From positions 62,001 to 126,000 of the IMG/VR virus record IMGVR_UViG_3300029984_000001: 64,000 nucleotides of DNA; one strand, written 5' to 3'. Positions 41,803 through 52,503 of this stretch are shown here, in pieces. Position 1 is the stretch's first letter. Every line of letters starts with the position of its first letter. A model generated the notes under the pieces. It was not told the DNA's origin, ran no database searches, and saw only the letters and a list, made by a program, of their open reading frames with translations. The position numbers were made by a program, and so were the translations under genes.

Positions 41803-42654
41803 GCAGATAAAGATGGAGATCATATAGCTGTACTTGTATTAAAAGTCTTTATGGTATTATATCCAAGATTAGTTGAAGCTGGAATGGTATACAGAGCAAT
41901 AGCTCCATTATATGGTATACCAAATGCTAGGAATAAAAACAAAGTAGATAAATTCTTTACTACAAGATTAGAATATACTGAATGGTTATATAAAAATTTT
42001 AGTAAGAATAATACTATATTAAAACCAGATGGTAAAAAGTTAAGTAACGTTGAAGCAGAAGAAATATTATATAAAAACTCAGATTATACATATGATTTAA
42101 ACGTATTCTCAAATAGTTATGCAATAAATCCTATATTATTAGAACAAGTAATATATAATATTGTAAAAGCAAACCAATCAAAAAAGGATTTATATACCTT
42201 TATGAAAAAATCTATAGAATCTGATAAGAACTTTAGATTCATCAAAGTTGACAAAGTGAATAACATTGTTACTATAAAAGGTGAATATGAAGAACTTGAT
42301 CAAACTATAATTTTAAATAAAGTATTTATGACTGACTTAGAACAATTACTACAACATGTAGCTAATAATGTTTTATTATCTTTTATAATAAATGATAATC
42401 CTTGTAGCTTATATGAATTAGTTACTAAATTTGAAAATAGTGCACCAAAGCATATAAGACGGTATAAAGGATTGGGACAAATGAAAGATCTAGAATTACA
42501 ATCAACAACACTACATCCTGATATGGATAGAACTCTAATAAGATATACAATATTATCTGCTGCTGATTTTATTACAAAAATGAGATATTTAGAAACTGAT
42601 AAATGTAGATTGCTTGTTGGAAGAGTTAATACTAGAGAAGACGTAATGGATTAG
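41803..42654 (+). CDS. gyrB: DNA gyrase/topo IV subunit B, exon 2
   Basis: ADKDGDHI, APLY, RYKGLGQM, TTLHPDMDRTL. Confidence 0.92.
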   Translation, partial: ADKDGDHIAVLVLKVFMVLYPRLVEAGMVYRAIAPLYGIPNARNKNKVDKFFTTRLEYTEWLYKNFSKNNTILKPDGKKLSNVEAEEILYKNSDYTYDLNVFSNSYAINPILLEQVIYNIVKANQSKKDLYTFMKKSIESDKNFRFIKVDKVNNIVTIKGEYEELDQTIILNKVFMTDLEQLLQHVANNVLLSFIINDNPCSLYELVTKFENSAPKHIRRYKGLGQMKDLELQSTTLHPDMDRTLIRYTILSAADFITKMRYLETDKCRLLVGRVNTREDVMD

Positions 42655-42667
42655 GAGGAATATAATA

Positions 42668-45052
42668 ATGCCAGAAAAGATTATTGAAGTAGATGCATTA
42701 CAAAAATCTATAGATGATTATGGAAGTTATGCAATATACGCATTAGCTACAAGAGTAACAGCAGATTATAGGGATGGACTTAAACAAGTCCATCGTAGAA
42801 TATTAATGGCTGCAACTAGATTAGGTGCATTACCAGGAACATTAAAGAAATCATCCAGAGTAGTAGGAGAAACATTAAAAGAACATCCTCATGGAGATAC
42901 ATCTGTATATGATGCTATAAAAATATTAGCAAATGATTTTGATACTTATATACCTTTAATTTATGGGGAAGGGAATTGGGGTTCTATTGATGGAGATTCT
43001 CAAGCTGCATCGAGATATACTGATTTATATTTATCTCAATTTTCACTTGATAATTATATCTCTGACATTAAATCTACACCACAAATAGTAGACTGGGTTC
43101 CAACATTTGATAATGATGATATGGAGGTACAATATTTATCTTCTAGATCTCCAGTAATATTAATAAATGGTAACTATGCGATTGGTATAGGTATGATGTC
43201 TGTAATATCAAAACACAATAATATTGAAGTATATGATGCAGCTATAAGATTATTAAGAGATCCTAATTACGAGGTTGTGTTACCTCCAGATCAGTGTGCT
43301 GAATGTGACATTATAAATACAGATTGGAAAGCAATAGCTAATACTGGACATGGAAGTTATATCGTAAGAGGAAGAATGATTGTAATTCCAGAAGTAAATA
43401 ATAAAATGATTAGAGACAATAAAAAGTATTTAGGATTACCTGCTGTAGAAATAATATCAACACCAGATTATGTAACATTAAATGCTATTAGAGAAAAAAT
43501 AACTAAATTATTAGAAGATAAAGTATTACCTCAAGTAATAGATATATGTTCTGATGAATCTAAAGGACCTAAAGAGATGGGTTGTTTGATTATTTTAAAG
43601 AAAGGTTCTGATCCTAAATTTGTTATGGATATGATATACAGACATACAGAAATGCAACACACTGTAACTGAAAATTATCAGATCTTATATAAATACAATT
43701 CGGTTGTTTGGGGACAAAAACGAATTCTTCAAGAATGGCTTGAGTGGGATAGACTTAGACTAACTAGAAAATATTATAATATACTTCAAAATATAAGAAC
43801 CCAATTATCAAAGAAAGATGCATATGTAAAATGTCTATCATCAAATAAAATAGAGAAAATAATTAGCATGATAAGAAAGAAAAAAGACACTGATATGAAT
43901 TCATCAATAGAATGGTTAGTATCTAATATAGGTCTAACTACAGGACAATCTAAATTTATATTAGAACAAAAAATATATAAATTATCTGAAGGATATTTAG
44001 CACAATATAAATATGAAGTACAAGAATGTTTAAAGGATATAAACAATTATGAACAGAAAATTCTTAATACTGATATATTAGATAATGATATAGAGGCAGA
44101 ATTATTAGAAATGAAAATGAAATATGGTAAGAAAAGAAATTGTACCTTCATAGATAAATCTGTTATAAATAATATTCCTAAAGGAGAATTTAAACTTATC
44201 ATAACAGCTAAGAATTTCATAAAGAAAATTCCAGCCAATGATCCAGTAGGTTCTTTAAAAGATGATAGGGCTGTTCAAATATTAAAGATAGACAATACAC
44301 AAAATATTTTAATATTTGATACTATAGGAAAAGTGTATAAGTTACCAGTGCATAAACTTCCTATATCAGATAAAGCTTCTAATGGTTGTGATATAAGATT
44401 GATTATAAAGAATCTTTCTGCAAATATTTGTACAGTTATGTCTGAACCCGTATTACAAGATTTGATGAAAAGAAAAATAAAACACTTTATAGTAGTTCAA
44501 TCTAGATTAGGTAATATAAAGAAACTCGATATAGAAGATGTTTTAGGAGCTACCCCATCAGGATTGATATATGCTAAGATTGTTGGAGATAATGACTTTA
44601 TAAATGATGTTGTGATATGTCCTGACGGATTGGATATAATTGCTTATAGTGATAATAAAGCGTTAAGATATAATATATCACAAGTACCTCATTTAAAGAG
44701 AAGTACATCAGGATCTAAATCAATGAAAGCTGATTTTATAGATGGGTTAGTAGTATTAAATCCTAACATGACAGATTTAGTTGTGTTAACAGAAAAAGGA
44801 TATATAAATAAATTTGATGCTTTAGGACTACTTACATTACAAAGAGGAAAATCTGGAGGTAATGTAATTAAATTAGCTAAAGGAGATAAAATTAAGTATA
44901 TATTCGGTGCTGATGAAACTTATCATATACAAGCTGTTACTTCTAATGAAACGATAGAAATAAATATAAGTGATATAAAACCACAAAGCTCAATATCATC
45001 AGGACAAAAACTTCTTAAAGATAATGTCATAGCAGCTAGATTACATAAATAA
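42668..45052 (+). CDS. gyrA: DNA gyrase/topo IV subunit A
   Basis: DGLKQVHRRIL, HPHGDTS, catalytic AASRYT, C-terminal beta-pinwheel blades. Confidence 0.92.
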   Translation: MPEKIIEVDALQKSIDDYGSYAIYALATRVTADYRDGLKQVHRRILMAATRLGALPGTLKKSSRVVGETLKEHPHGDTSVYDAIKILANDFDTYIPLIYGEGNWGSIDGDSQAASRYTDLYLSQFSLDNYISDIKSTPQIVDWVPTFDNDDMEVQYLSSRSPVILINGNYAIGIGMMSVISKHNNIEVYDAAIRLLRDPNYEVVLPPDQCAECDIINTDWKAIANTGHGSYIVRGRMIVIPEVNNKMIRDNKKYLGLPAVEIISTPDYVTLNAIREKITKLLEDKVLPQVIDICSDESKGPKEMGCLIILKKGSDPKFVMDMIYRHTEMQHTVTENYQILYKYNSVVWGQKRILQEWLEWDRLRLTRKYYNILQNIRTQLSKKDAYVKCLSSNKIEKIISMIRKKKDTDMNSSIEWLVSNIGLTTGQSKFILEQKIYKLSEGYLAQYKYEVQECLKDINNYEQKILNTDILDNDIEAELLEMKMKYGKKRNCTFIDKSVINNIPKGEFKLIITAKNFIKKIPANDPVGSLKDDRAVQILKIDNTQNILIFDTIGKVYKLPVHKLPISDKASNGCDIRLIIKNLSANICTVMSEPVLQDLMKRKIKHFIVVQSRLGNIKKLDIEDVLGATPSGLIYAKIVGDNDFINDVVICPDGLDIIAYSDNKALRYNISQVPHLKRSTSGSKSMKADFIDGLVVLNPNMTDLVVLTEKGYINKFDALGLLTLQRGKSGGNVIKLAKGDKIKYIFGADETYHIQAVTSNETIEINISDIKPQSSISSGQKLLKDNVIAARLHK

Positions 45053-45105
45053 AACAAAAGAGGAGTAAAACCCTCTTTCTTTTTTATATGATACACTTAT
45101 TCTTG

Positions 45106-45117
45106 AACAATATAATA
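45106..45117 (+). promoter_or_regulatory. AR9-type late promoter AACA-N6-TA
   Basis: AACAatataaTA upstream of 45135. Confidence 0.65.
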
Positions 45118-45134
45118 AGAATAGAGGTGTTTAT

Positions 45135-46310
45135 ATGAAAATTGAAAGTGTAGTCAAAGATAAATTATATACTTTAGTAAGTAAACAATATGAATTGAAT
45201 AAAGATAAATTAAAAAAATGTTTTGGTAGATTCGTTGAAAAAAGACAAGAAGATCTGTATGATATAGCCCCTGCTTCAAGAATATATTTTGGACAAGAAG
45301 ATATAGACGATTTCTTTAATTCCTTAGGTATGGCAGAAAAAGATGTCGTGGAGATTGTAAAAAATACATATTATTATCCTATAGCCAACTTCAATCCTAG
45401 AGCAGCTAAAGATTCGTTCACTTGTACTATATTATGCTTAGTAAGATATAGTTTATTACATAAACTAGAAAAAGAATTAGAAATGTATACTGCTTATATG
45501 TCATTCTCTGGTAAATTCTACCCATCAATACATTATTCATCTTTTCCTAAAGTACAACCTTCTGAATATAGACATGTAATAGAATATGTTGTTAATCATG
45601 AATTAAGTGGAAGGTTTGATATAAAGAAAGAGGGTAATGTATTTAAAGCTGTGCGTTCTATAGGAAGTACTTGGTATAATACTTATGGTAGTAAATTCAA
45701 ATCATTTGATGATGAAGATGTAGTTTATGTGATTCAACAATTACATAATAGAATCAAATCATTTATACAAAATATTGCTGAAGTATACTATGATGTATAT
45801 GCAAAGAAAGATACATATTTAACATATGATAGTGATAATTTATCAGATACCAGTTATCATCTGGCTGATAATGATTCATTAAGAATGGAAAGAATATTAG
45901 AAAAGTCTATGACTTATATGAATAATAATAGAGTTAATTATACATGGTGTATATCATCATCAGATCAATATGTAAGTGCTGACGAATTAAGAGAAATAAT
46001 GACATCTATAATAAATGAATCTAGTAATATACCAGATATGAGAGAATTTATAAGATGTATGTTGACAGTATTCTTTTCTCAATCAGACACTAAAGATATT
46101 AATGATCCACATTTTTTAGCTTTATCTATTGTTCCTAAACCAAATACAAAGGATCAATATGAAATAAGAAAGAAAGAAATTGTAGAGAAATGGTTAGATG
46201 AAAATTCACCACAATATAGAAAGAGAAGAAATAGACCTGCTACAGCATCTTCTTATCAAAAAGCTGTAGTGAAATATGTAGCTCTATGTGTATATAATGT
46301 AAACAAGTAA
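45135..46310 (+). CDS. hypothetical late protein, probably virion
   Basis: 391 aa; own late promoter and terminator (46308-46331). Confidence 0.6.
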   Translation: MKIESVVKDKLYTLVSKQYELNKDKLKKCFGRFVEKRQEDLYDIAPASRIYFGQEDIDDFFNSLGMAEKDVVEIVKNTYYYPIANFNPRAAKDSFTCTILCLVRYSLLHKLEKELEMYTAYMSFSGKFYPSIHYSSFPKVQPSEYRHVIEYVVNHELSGRFDIKKEGNVFKAVRSIGSTWYNTYGSKFKSFDDEDVVYVIQQLHNRIKSFIQNIAEVYYDVYAKKDTYLTYDSDNLSDTSYHLADNDSLRMERILEKSMTYMNNNRVNYTWCISSSDQYVSADELREIMTSIINESSNIPDMREFIRCMLTVFFSQSDTKDINDPHFLALSIVPKPNTKDQYEIRKKEIVEKWLDENSPQYRKRRNRPATASSYQKAVVKYVALCVYNVNK

Positions 46311-46414
46311 GGGAACTAATTAGTTCCCTTATATTTTAGATTGTAAAAGTAAATTAATATAGTTATATATTATAGATATGAATAAAATATATTATTTAAA
46401 GGAGATGTATTAAA

Positions 46415-46702
46415 ATGAAAAACAAATTTAATCTTATTTTAAACTTAGAAGGTGCTACTGAAAAAGATGTATCTAGTATTATTGGATGTTTGTTAAATGA
46501 GGATGTAAAAGAAATAGAATCTTTAGGTATGAAAATTACATTTGTTAGTTTAGAAAAATACCTTTTAGGTTTTACTGATTTTTCATACAGAAAATTATTA
46601 TGTACAGATTTAGAAACAGGTAAATTAATAATAGATATTACAATGAATCATGATATGGTCACCGATTTCAAAACTGCTATAAGAACTGAATTAAAATTAT
46701 AA
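46415..46702 (+). CDS. hypothetical protein
   Basis: RBS AAAGGAG; TATATTATA at 46366. Confidence 0.7.
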   Translation: MKNKFNLILNLEGATEKDVSSIIGCLLNEDVKEIESLGMKITFVSLEKYLLGFTDFSYRKLLCTDLETGKLIIDITMNHDMVTDFKTAIRTELKL

Positions 46703-46806
46703 CATAATTAATAGAATAGAGATTGAGAAATCAATATCTATAATATACATAAGAAATGATTGATATAAGAGAGGTAAAATGTTTATTATGAAGGAGAATG
46801 ATAAAA

Positions 46807-46935
46807 ATGGGAATCTTGTTAAAAATGAAAGGTGGAAAATATACTAATGAAGATTTAAGAAATAATATAAATAAGGATACTAAGATAATAGATTTAATAA
46901 TAAACAATAGGAGTGATATAGATGGAAAAAATTAA
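46807..46935 (+). CDS. small hypothetical protein (42 aa)
   Basis: AAGGAG RBS; overlaps start of next gene; not in ORF track. Confidence 0.35.
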   Translation: MGILLKMKGGKYTNEDLRNNINKDTKIIDLIINNRSDIDGKN

Positions 46936-47476
46936 AATACCTACTTATTCAAATTTAGTAGGAATAAAAAGTACACAAAAAGAAATGAAGGATGCTGTTT
47001 CAAAATATATACATACAAAAGATAAAGAGAAAATAAAAACAATATTATTAGAAATGAAAGATAGATTTCCTAATGCTAAAAAGATGATAGATGCTATAGA
47101 CAAAATAATAAATGATGAATATATTCTTAATAAATGTGTAGTAAATGAGACTTGTAACACTGGTCTATATACAAATATCAGTGTAACATTATGTCCATTA
47201 AGAGATGAAGAACAATCTGGTTTTAAGTTTTCATTATCATCTCCATTATATTATTCAATATATGAAGAATGGAAACTAGAAAATAAAAATAAGAATGTAT
47301 ATGATTTTATTAAAGAGAATGATATAGAAACTATTTTTATCACAGTAAATACAAATACTAACTTTAGACTTAAAATTTATAATGGGAATAAAAATGATTT
47401 GCTGTATGTTAATTATAAACCAAAATACGATCCACAATATAAAGATATACAATTTATGGAAAGCTTATTCAAATAA
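46922..47476 (+). CDS. hypothetical protein
   Basis: ORF track, RBS AGGAG. Confidence 0.7.
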   Translation: MEKIKIPTYSNLVGIKSTQKEMKDAVSKYIHTKDKEKIKTILLEMKDRFPNAKKMIDAIDKIINDEYILNKCVVNETCNTGLYTNISVTLCPLRDEEQSGFKFSLSSPLYYSIYEEWKLENKNKNVYDFIKENDIETIFITVNTNTNFRLKIYNGNKNDLLYVNYKPKYDPQYKDIQFMESLFK

Positions 47477-47543
47477 AAATGGGAGCTTAGTCTCCTCTTT
47501 ATTTTTTCTCTTTAAAAACATATTATTAAAGAGGAGGGATTAT

Positions 47544-48281
47544 ATGGCTGATAAAATTGATAATAAATTAAGAAAAGAAATAGAAGCTATTATATATAAA
47601 TTCTTTGATAAGATGGATAAGTCTGAAACTAATAGTGAGTATTATAAAAATCTATTTGCAAAAATGAGTAATGATGATTTTTATAAATTTGCTTCTCTAG
47701 ATTTCCCGTATAGATTTCATCATAAACCTTGGGTAGTTGAACCTACTATGGGTGATATAAAAGAAGCTTTAAATTTTATAGGAGTTCCTTTAATGGAGAA
47801 AGTTTCACTACCTTATATATATAAAGATGAAAACGGGGTAGCAGTAAACTCTAAAGAAGCTTTAGTCATTTATCCTCCTATGAAGAAGATGCAACAATTC
47901 ATTACACATAAAAACTCTGTTGCTATAGATATAGATAATAGAGATATGAAAAATGGTCAATTGTCTGGTGCAGATAAAGGGGGAAAAACTACAGATAGAG
48001 AGTTAGAATCTTTGGGAATACTTGGATTAGATCATTGTCTTGAAGAGTTTTCTGGTCCTAAAGCAGATAGTATGGAAAGTAAATCTTTAATGTATAATAC
48101 TATTTCTACAACTGGTCAAGTATCTAGCAAAGATATACAAACAGATAATACAGATTCATTATCTAGAAATCTCATGAGTGTATATCTAATGGGTGCTAAT
48201 ATAAATAGTAATATAGTCAACCAAGATTATATGTTGCCTTATACAATGAAAGAGAAATCTAGGTCAATAGAAAGGATTTAA
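47544..48281 (+). CDS. virion RNA polymerase beta C-terminal fragment (phiKZ gp149-like)
   Basis: KKMQQ..K...RDMKNGQLSGADKGGKTTDRELESL..LG....EEF...KADS parallels the RpoB C-terminus (QQP..G...GGQRFGEMEVWAL..YGA...L.E....KSDD); late promoter at 47517-47528. Confidence 0.7.
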   Translation: MADKIDNKLRKEIEAIIYKFFDKMDKSETNSEYYKNLFAKMSNDDFYKFASLDFPYRFHHKPWVVEPTMGDIKEALNFIGVPLMEKVSLPYIYKDENGVAVNSKEALVIYPPMKKMQQFITHKNSVAIDIDNRDMKNGQLSGADKGGKTTDRELESLGILGLDHCLEEFSGPKADSMESKSLMYNTISTTGQVSSKDIQTDNTDSLSRNLMSVYLMGANINSNIVNQDYMLPYTMKEKSRSIERI

Positions 48282-48375
48282 AAAATATTACAATTATATA
48301 TTATAACTGTGTAATGATAATTAATTTATATAATGTGTTTAACTTTTATATAAGAAGTCTATGGAGGTGAATTAG

Positions 48376-48501
48376 ATGAGTAATAATGGAAAAGAAACTG
48401 GCATTATTCAAGAACAAGGATTTATTGTTCCTGGAGGGTTTGACAAAATCTCTGATGAAGAAAAAGAAAGATTAGAAAAAGAAAGCAGAGATAAAAAATA
48501 A
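48376..48501 (+). CDS. small hypothetical protein (41 aa)
   Basis: GGAGGTG RBS, TATATTATA at 48297, terminator hairpin after stop. Confidence 0.55.
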   Translation: MSNNGKETGIIQEQGFIVPGGFDKISDEEKERLEKESRDKK

Positions 48502-48630
48502 TGTGTTAAAAAGATACTAGGAAAACTAGTATCTTATTTTATTATAAAGGAGGTATCAAACAGAACGTTATATCTTATTCTTAAGATATAACAATCATAC
48601 AGAGTGTATAAAGGAAAGGATTTGATTTAA

Positions 48631-49398
48631 ATGAATAAGAAACTTTTTATAGTTTACAATATAATTTTAATATCATTAATAATATTTACAGGAGTAGTTT
48701 TACATAAAAATGAAGAATTAAAAACTACTAATACACAATTAGTAGTAAAATCATGGGAAACAGATAAACAGCTAAGTCAAGTTAAAAATGAAATGAATGC
48801 TTATAAAACATTATACACTTCTCAAGAAGGTGATATAAAAGATTATATAGTTTTATATAAGAAAACTAAAACAGAATTAGATAACCTAAAATCACAAATT
48901 TACATATCTAAAGAAAAAGAGAAAAATGCTTCTAGAGGTGATTACATAAATAAAAATCTTAGTGATTATGCAATAATGACTGTAGATGAGATGAACGAAT
49001 GGATAGCAAAGAGAGCACCTAAAGGTAGTCCTTTTATTGGAAAAGGAGAAGTATTTTTAAAGACAGGAGCTGCTAATAAGATAGACCCTAAGCTAATAGT
49101 AGCATTAGCTGGAAATGAATCTGGATGGGGGATGTCTAAATTAGCTAGAGATAAAGGTAATTATTTTAGTATTACCGCATATAATGATAATCCTTATACC
49201 TCAGCAAAAGCATTCAATGGGGATTTTCAAACAAACATATCAGATGGTGTTGCATGGATAAAGAGTAATTTTTATGATAAAGGGAAAACTTCTTTAGCCC
49301 AAATGCAATCTGAAAATAATAAAGCTTATGCCCAAAATAATGATGGTAGTCCTAATAAAGAATGGACTTCTGTTATTTGTAATATAGTTTACCATTAA
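48631..49398 (+). CDS. membrane-anchored N-acetylglucosaminidase (GH73-like peptidoglycan hydrolase)
   Basis: N-terminal TM, coiled coil, ASRG linker, ALAGNESGWG.S.LA..K.N.F.I.AY. Confidence 0.8.
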   Translation: MNKKLFIVYNIILISLIIFTGVVLHKNEELKTTNTQLVVKSWETDKQLSQVKNEMNAYKTLYTSQEGDIKDYIVLYKKTKTELDNLKSQIYISKEKEKNASRGDYINKNLSDYAIMTVDEMNEWIAKRAPKGSPFIGKGEVFLKTGAANKIDPKLIVALAGNESGWGMSKLARDKGNYFSITAYNDNPYTSAKAFNGDFQTNISDGVAWIKSNFYDKGKTSLAQMQSENNKAYAQNNDGSPNKEWTSVICNIVYH

Positions 49399-49442
49399 AA
49401 ATTTATAATATATATTATTTAAAAATGAAGGAGAGATAAATT

Positions 49443-50633
49443 ATGGAAAATTTAAGAAGATTAAACGTTCAATTAATAGGTATAGGTGGAGCAGGAAATA
49501 AAGGTACAATTAATGTTGTAGAAAAAGGTGTACTAGAAAAAGATGATATATTCTTAATCAATTCAACAATGAGAGATGTAGCTCCAGATTATAAAGATAT
49601 AGCATATATCTATGATACTGTAGGTGGTTCTGGTAAAGATATGAAATTTGCTGAATCTTTAGCAAAAAAAGAATTAGAAAGAGGAACTTTGGGTCAACAA
49701 TTAAATGAATGGGTAAAACCAGATACAGATATTGTAGTCATTACAGGAAGTACAGAAGGTGGTACTAATGCTGGTTCTATTTCAGTAATTACTGATTTCA
49801 TATATGATGAATTAGATATTCCAGTGGTTAATATATTATTAACAGGATTTATGAAAGATGCAAGAGGAGTTAAAAATACAATAGATGTATTCAAGAAACT
49901 TAGAATAAAAGAAATAGGTGTCCAAACTATATCCAGTTCAAAGTGTCTAGAAGGTAAAGATATAGTTAAAGCACAACAACACGCTAATGATGAATTAGCT
50001 CAAAGAATATCTATATTAATAACTAAAGGTATTGTTGATAGTGATGATAATATAGATAATACTGACTTATATAATACAGCAGCATTCCCTGGATATATGA
50101 CTATAGAACATATTCCATTACCAAAATTAAAAGATATGAATGCTTTTAATGAAACTTTAAATACAATGATAAATGGTTCTAAGTCGTTAGATATAGATCC
50201 AGAAGAAGATAAAAAGAAAGTTGGTAAAAGAGCAGTATTTATAAACTTAAAAGATGAAAAAGAAAAAATGTTTGTAGATTTTGAATTTGAATCTTTAAAA
50301 GAATATTATGGTGAACCTTATGATAAATTTGATCATATTCAATTTGAAAAAGATCAAGAAAGTTATATATCAGTAATACTTACAGGTATGAATATGCCAT
50401 TGGCTGAATTAATAGATATGGAAAATAAATATAAAATGTTAAATTCTTCTGTAAATAAAGAGGTAGATACATTCGATGAAGTTGTTGCTGATATGAAAAG
50501 TGATGTAGATGATGGTATGTTTGACATAGGTAGAAAAAGAAGAAGACCTAAAGAGAATGTTTCGGGTCCAGAACATATGAAAAAATATGGAGTTAAACAA
50601 GAAGAAAAAGCTAAAGATGATATTTATAAATAA
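49443..50633 (+). CDS. tubulin/FtsZ-family GTPase (TubZ/PhuZ-like)
   Basis: GIGGAGNK, GGSGKD, signature variant EGGTNAG, T7 loop NIDNTD. Confidence 0.85.
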   Translation: MENLRRLNVQLIGIGGAGNKGTINVVEKGVLEKDDIFLINSTMRDVAPDYKDIAYIYDTVGGSGKDMKFAESLAKKELERGTLGQQLNEWVKPDTDIVVITGSTEGGTNAGSISVITDFIYDELDIPVVNILLTGFMKDARGVKNTIDVFKKLRIKEIGVQTISSSKCLEGKDIVKAQQHANDELAQRISILITKGIVDSDDNIDNTDLYNTAAFPGYMTIEHIPLPKLKDMNAFNETLNTMINGSKSLDIDPEEDKKKVGKRAVFINLKDEKEKMFVDFEFESLKEYYGEPYDKFDHIQFEKDQESYISVILTGMNMPLAELIDMENKYKMLNSSVNKEVDTFDEVVADMKSDVDDGMFDIGRKRRRPKENVSGPEHMKKYGVKQEEKAKDDIYK

Positions 50634-50651
50634 AAGGAGATTGATAAATAT

Positions 50652-51536
50652 ATGTTTGAAAACTTGATAGAACATGTTAAGAAACAACCAATCCCAGAAA
50701 AACATTATATAGATATGACTGAATCTAGATTAATGAATCCTAATTTATTGTCTGACAAAATAAAAGATATATCACTATTAGAAGATAATGAATTGCTTCA
50801 ATTACTAATAATTGATTATCCTACTATACTAGAAGAGATAGTTGAGAAGAAGAACGTTGTATATATTAATCTATTCAAGAAACCTAGATTCTTAACCATA
50901 TTTACTAATGCTGTGAGTTATAATATATCAAGAGGAAAACCTTTAGAACCACAAAATAGGATATATATAAATATAATCATATATGATTATATTTGCCATA
51001 CAGAAAAAGATATGATGTTAAAATCATTAATGGCTAATTTATCTAAGATAGTAAATAGAGATATGATTCCTATGATTATGGCTATAGGAATCCCAGAAGA
51101 GTTAGCATGTACAATTTCTATAGCAAGATATTCATCTAGACAAGAATATATTAATATAAAAAGAGTTAATCTAATTATACTTGGTTCTCCATTAGAATTA
51201 ATGACAGAACAAATGATAGTGGATTTAATAAGTGTTATATATGATAAGATGCCAATATTATTTGAAACAATAATGTTTGATCACACTATAGATAATGATA
51301 ACACTGAAGATGAGGGTGAAATCTACAGTAGAATTTCAAATGCAATATTAACTCATTTAGAGAATATGACTTTGGAAAATATCACTACAGTGTTAAAGAT
51401 GTATTCAAATGATTATGTGTTATTACATTCAAATGAAGATGTAAGATTTAGTTTAAGAAGCATAAACAATACTGATTTTCCAAGGATTAACCAAACGGTT
51501 GATTCAATGATTATGAAGGGTGAATACATTCCATAA
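50652..51536 (+). CDS. hypothetical helical protein co-transcribed with tubulin
   Basis: ORF track, RBS AAAGGAG, terminator after. Confidence 0.75.
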   Translation: MFENLIEHVKKQPIPEKHYIDMTESRLMNPNLLSDKIKDISLLEDNELLQLLIIDYPTILEEIVEKKNVVYINLFKKPRFLTIFTNAVSYNISRGKPLEPQNRIYINIIIYDYICHTEKDMMLKSLMANLSKIVNRDMIPMIMAIGIPEELACTISIARYSSRQEYINIKRVNLIILGSPLELMTEQMIVDLISVIYDKMPILFETIMFDHTIDNDNTEDEGEIYSRISNAILTHLENMTLENITTVLKMYSNDYVLLHSNEDVRFSLRSINNTDFPRINQTVDSMIMKGEYIP

Positions 51537-51657
51537 TATAAAAGAAGCAAAAGGGTATAAAAACCCTTTTGTTTTTTGTGTAAATATTTAAAATTATAAT
51601 TGTATATTATAATAGTGAATAAATATATAATAATTTTAAAGAAGGAAGTGTATTAAT

Positions 51658-52488
51658 ATGGAAAAAGATAATGTAAAATCGTCTAAAGAAATTGAAAGTA
51701 ATATAAAAGAAATAGGGTTAGAAAAAATTAATATAATAATAGATGATGTACGAATACAAAATAATAACCCAAATGTAGAAGGTGATAGAGATTTATCTAT
51801 TTTATCATTAGAATCTAGTATAGATAAAGAATATATTAAAGAATTTAATAGAGTAAAACCTTTAACAAACAATGAACTGAACGAAATAAAAAAGTATGCA
51901 GATGAACAATTAGAAGAGATTGGTTTAGAAAAAGGATTATTAGATAAATTTATAGATGGATATAAAATAAGATTTAATACCACTAAAGTAGGTTTTAATG
52001 AAATAGATGCACCTATTCACAGAACAACATTATTACATTATGCAGGTATAAATAATATTCAATCGCAAATGAATGGTGGGTATAATAACAATATTAATTA
52101 TACTAATGTATATTATACAAATCCATATGTAGATTATAATGAAAGTACCCTTAATACATTATTATTACTACTCAGCGATAATATGTTTGATACATCACCA
52201 TCTGAAAGAAAGTTTAAAAAAATAAGAATATATTTTTGTAGAGATAACAATAAAAATGTAAATCTTGTTATATCCTTTAGATCATTTTATAAATCTTTAT
52301 GGGATCAAGCTCCAGAAGGATTTGTAAGACAAATATCTATCCCTTTAGTTATGAATGGTGAAATAGAAAATAAAATATCAATGTTTAAACAAGATATATC
52401 AGCAGGATATTCAATAGATAATGATTGGTTAAATATATTAGTAGAAAAAATAAAAGAATGGTTTGGAATAGAAATAAATTTAGTATAA
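51658..52488 (+). CDS. hypothetical protein
   Basis: TATATTATA at 51603; RBS. Confidence 0.7.
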   Translation: MEKDNVKSSKEIESNIKEIGLEKINIIIDDVRIQNNNPNVEGDRDLSILSLESSIDKEYIKEFNRVKPLTNNELNEIKKYADEQLEEIGLEKGLLDKFIDGYKIRFNTTKVGFNEIDAPIHRTTLLHYAGINNIQSQMNGGYNNNINYTNVYYTNPYVDYNESTLNTLLLLLSDNMFDTSPSERKFKKIRIYFCRDNNKNVNLVISFRSFYKSLWDQAPEGFVRQISIPLVMNGEIENKISMFKQDISAGYSIDNDWLNILVEKIKEWFGIEINLV

Positions 52489-52503
52489 AGGAAGTGTATT
52501 AAC

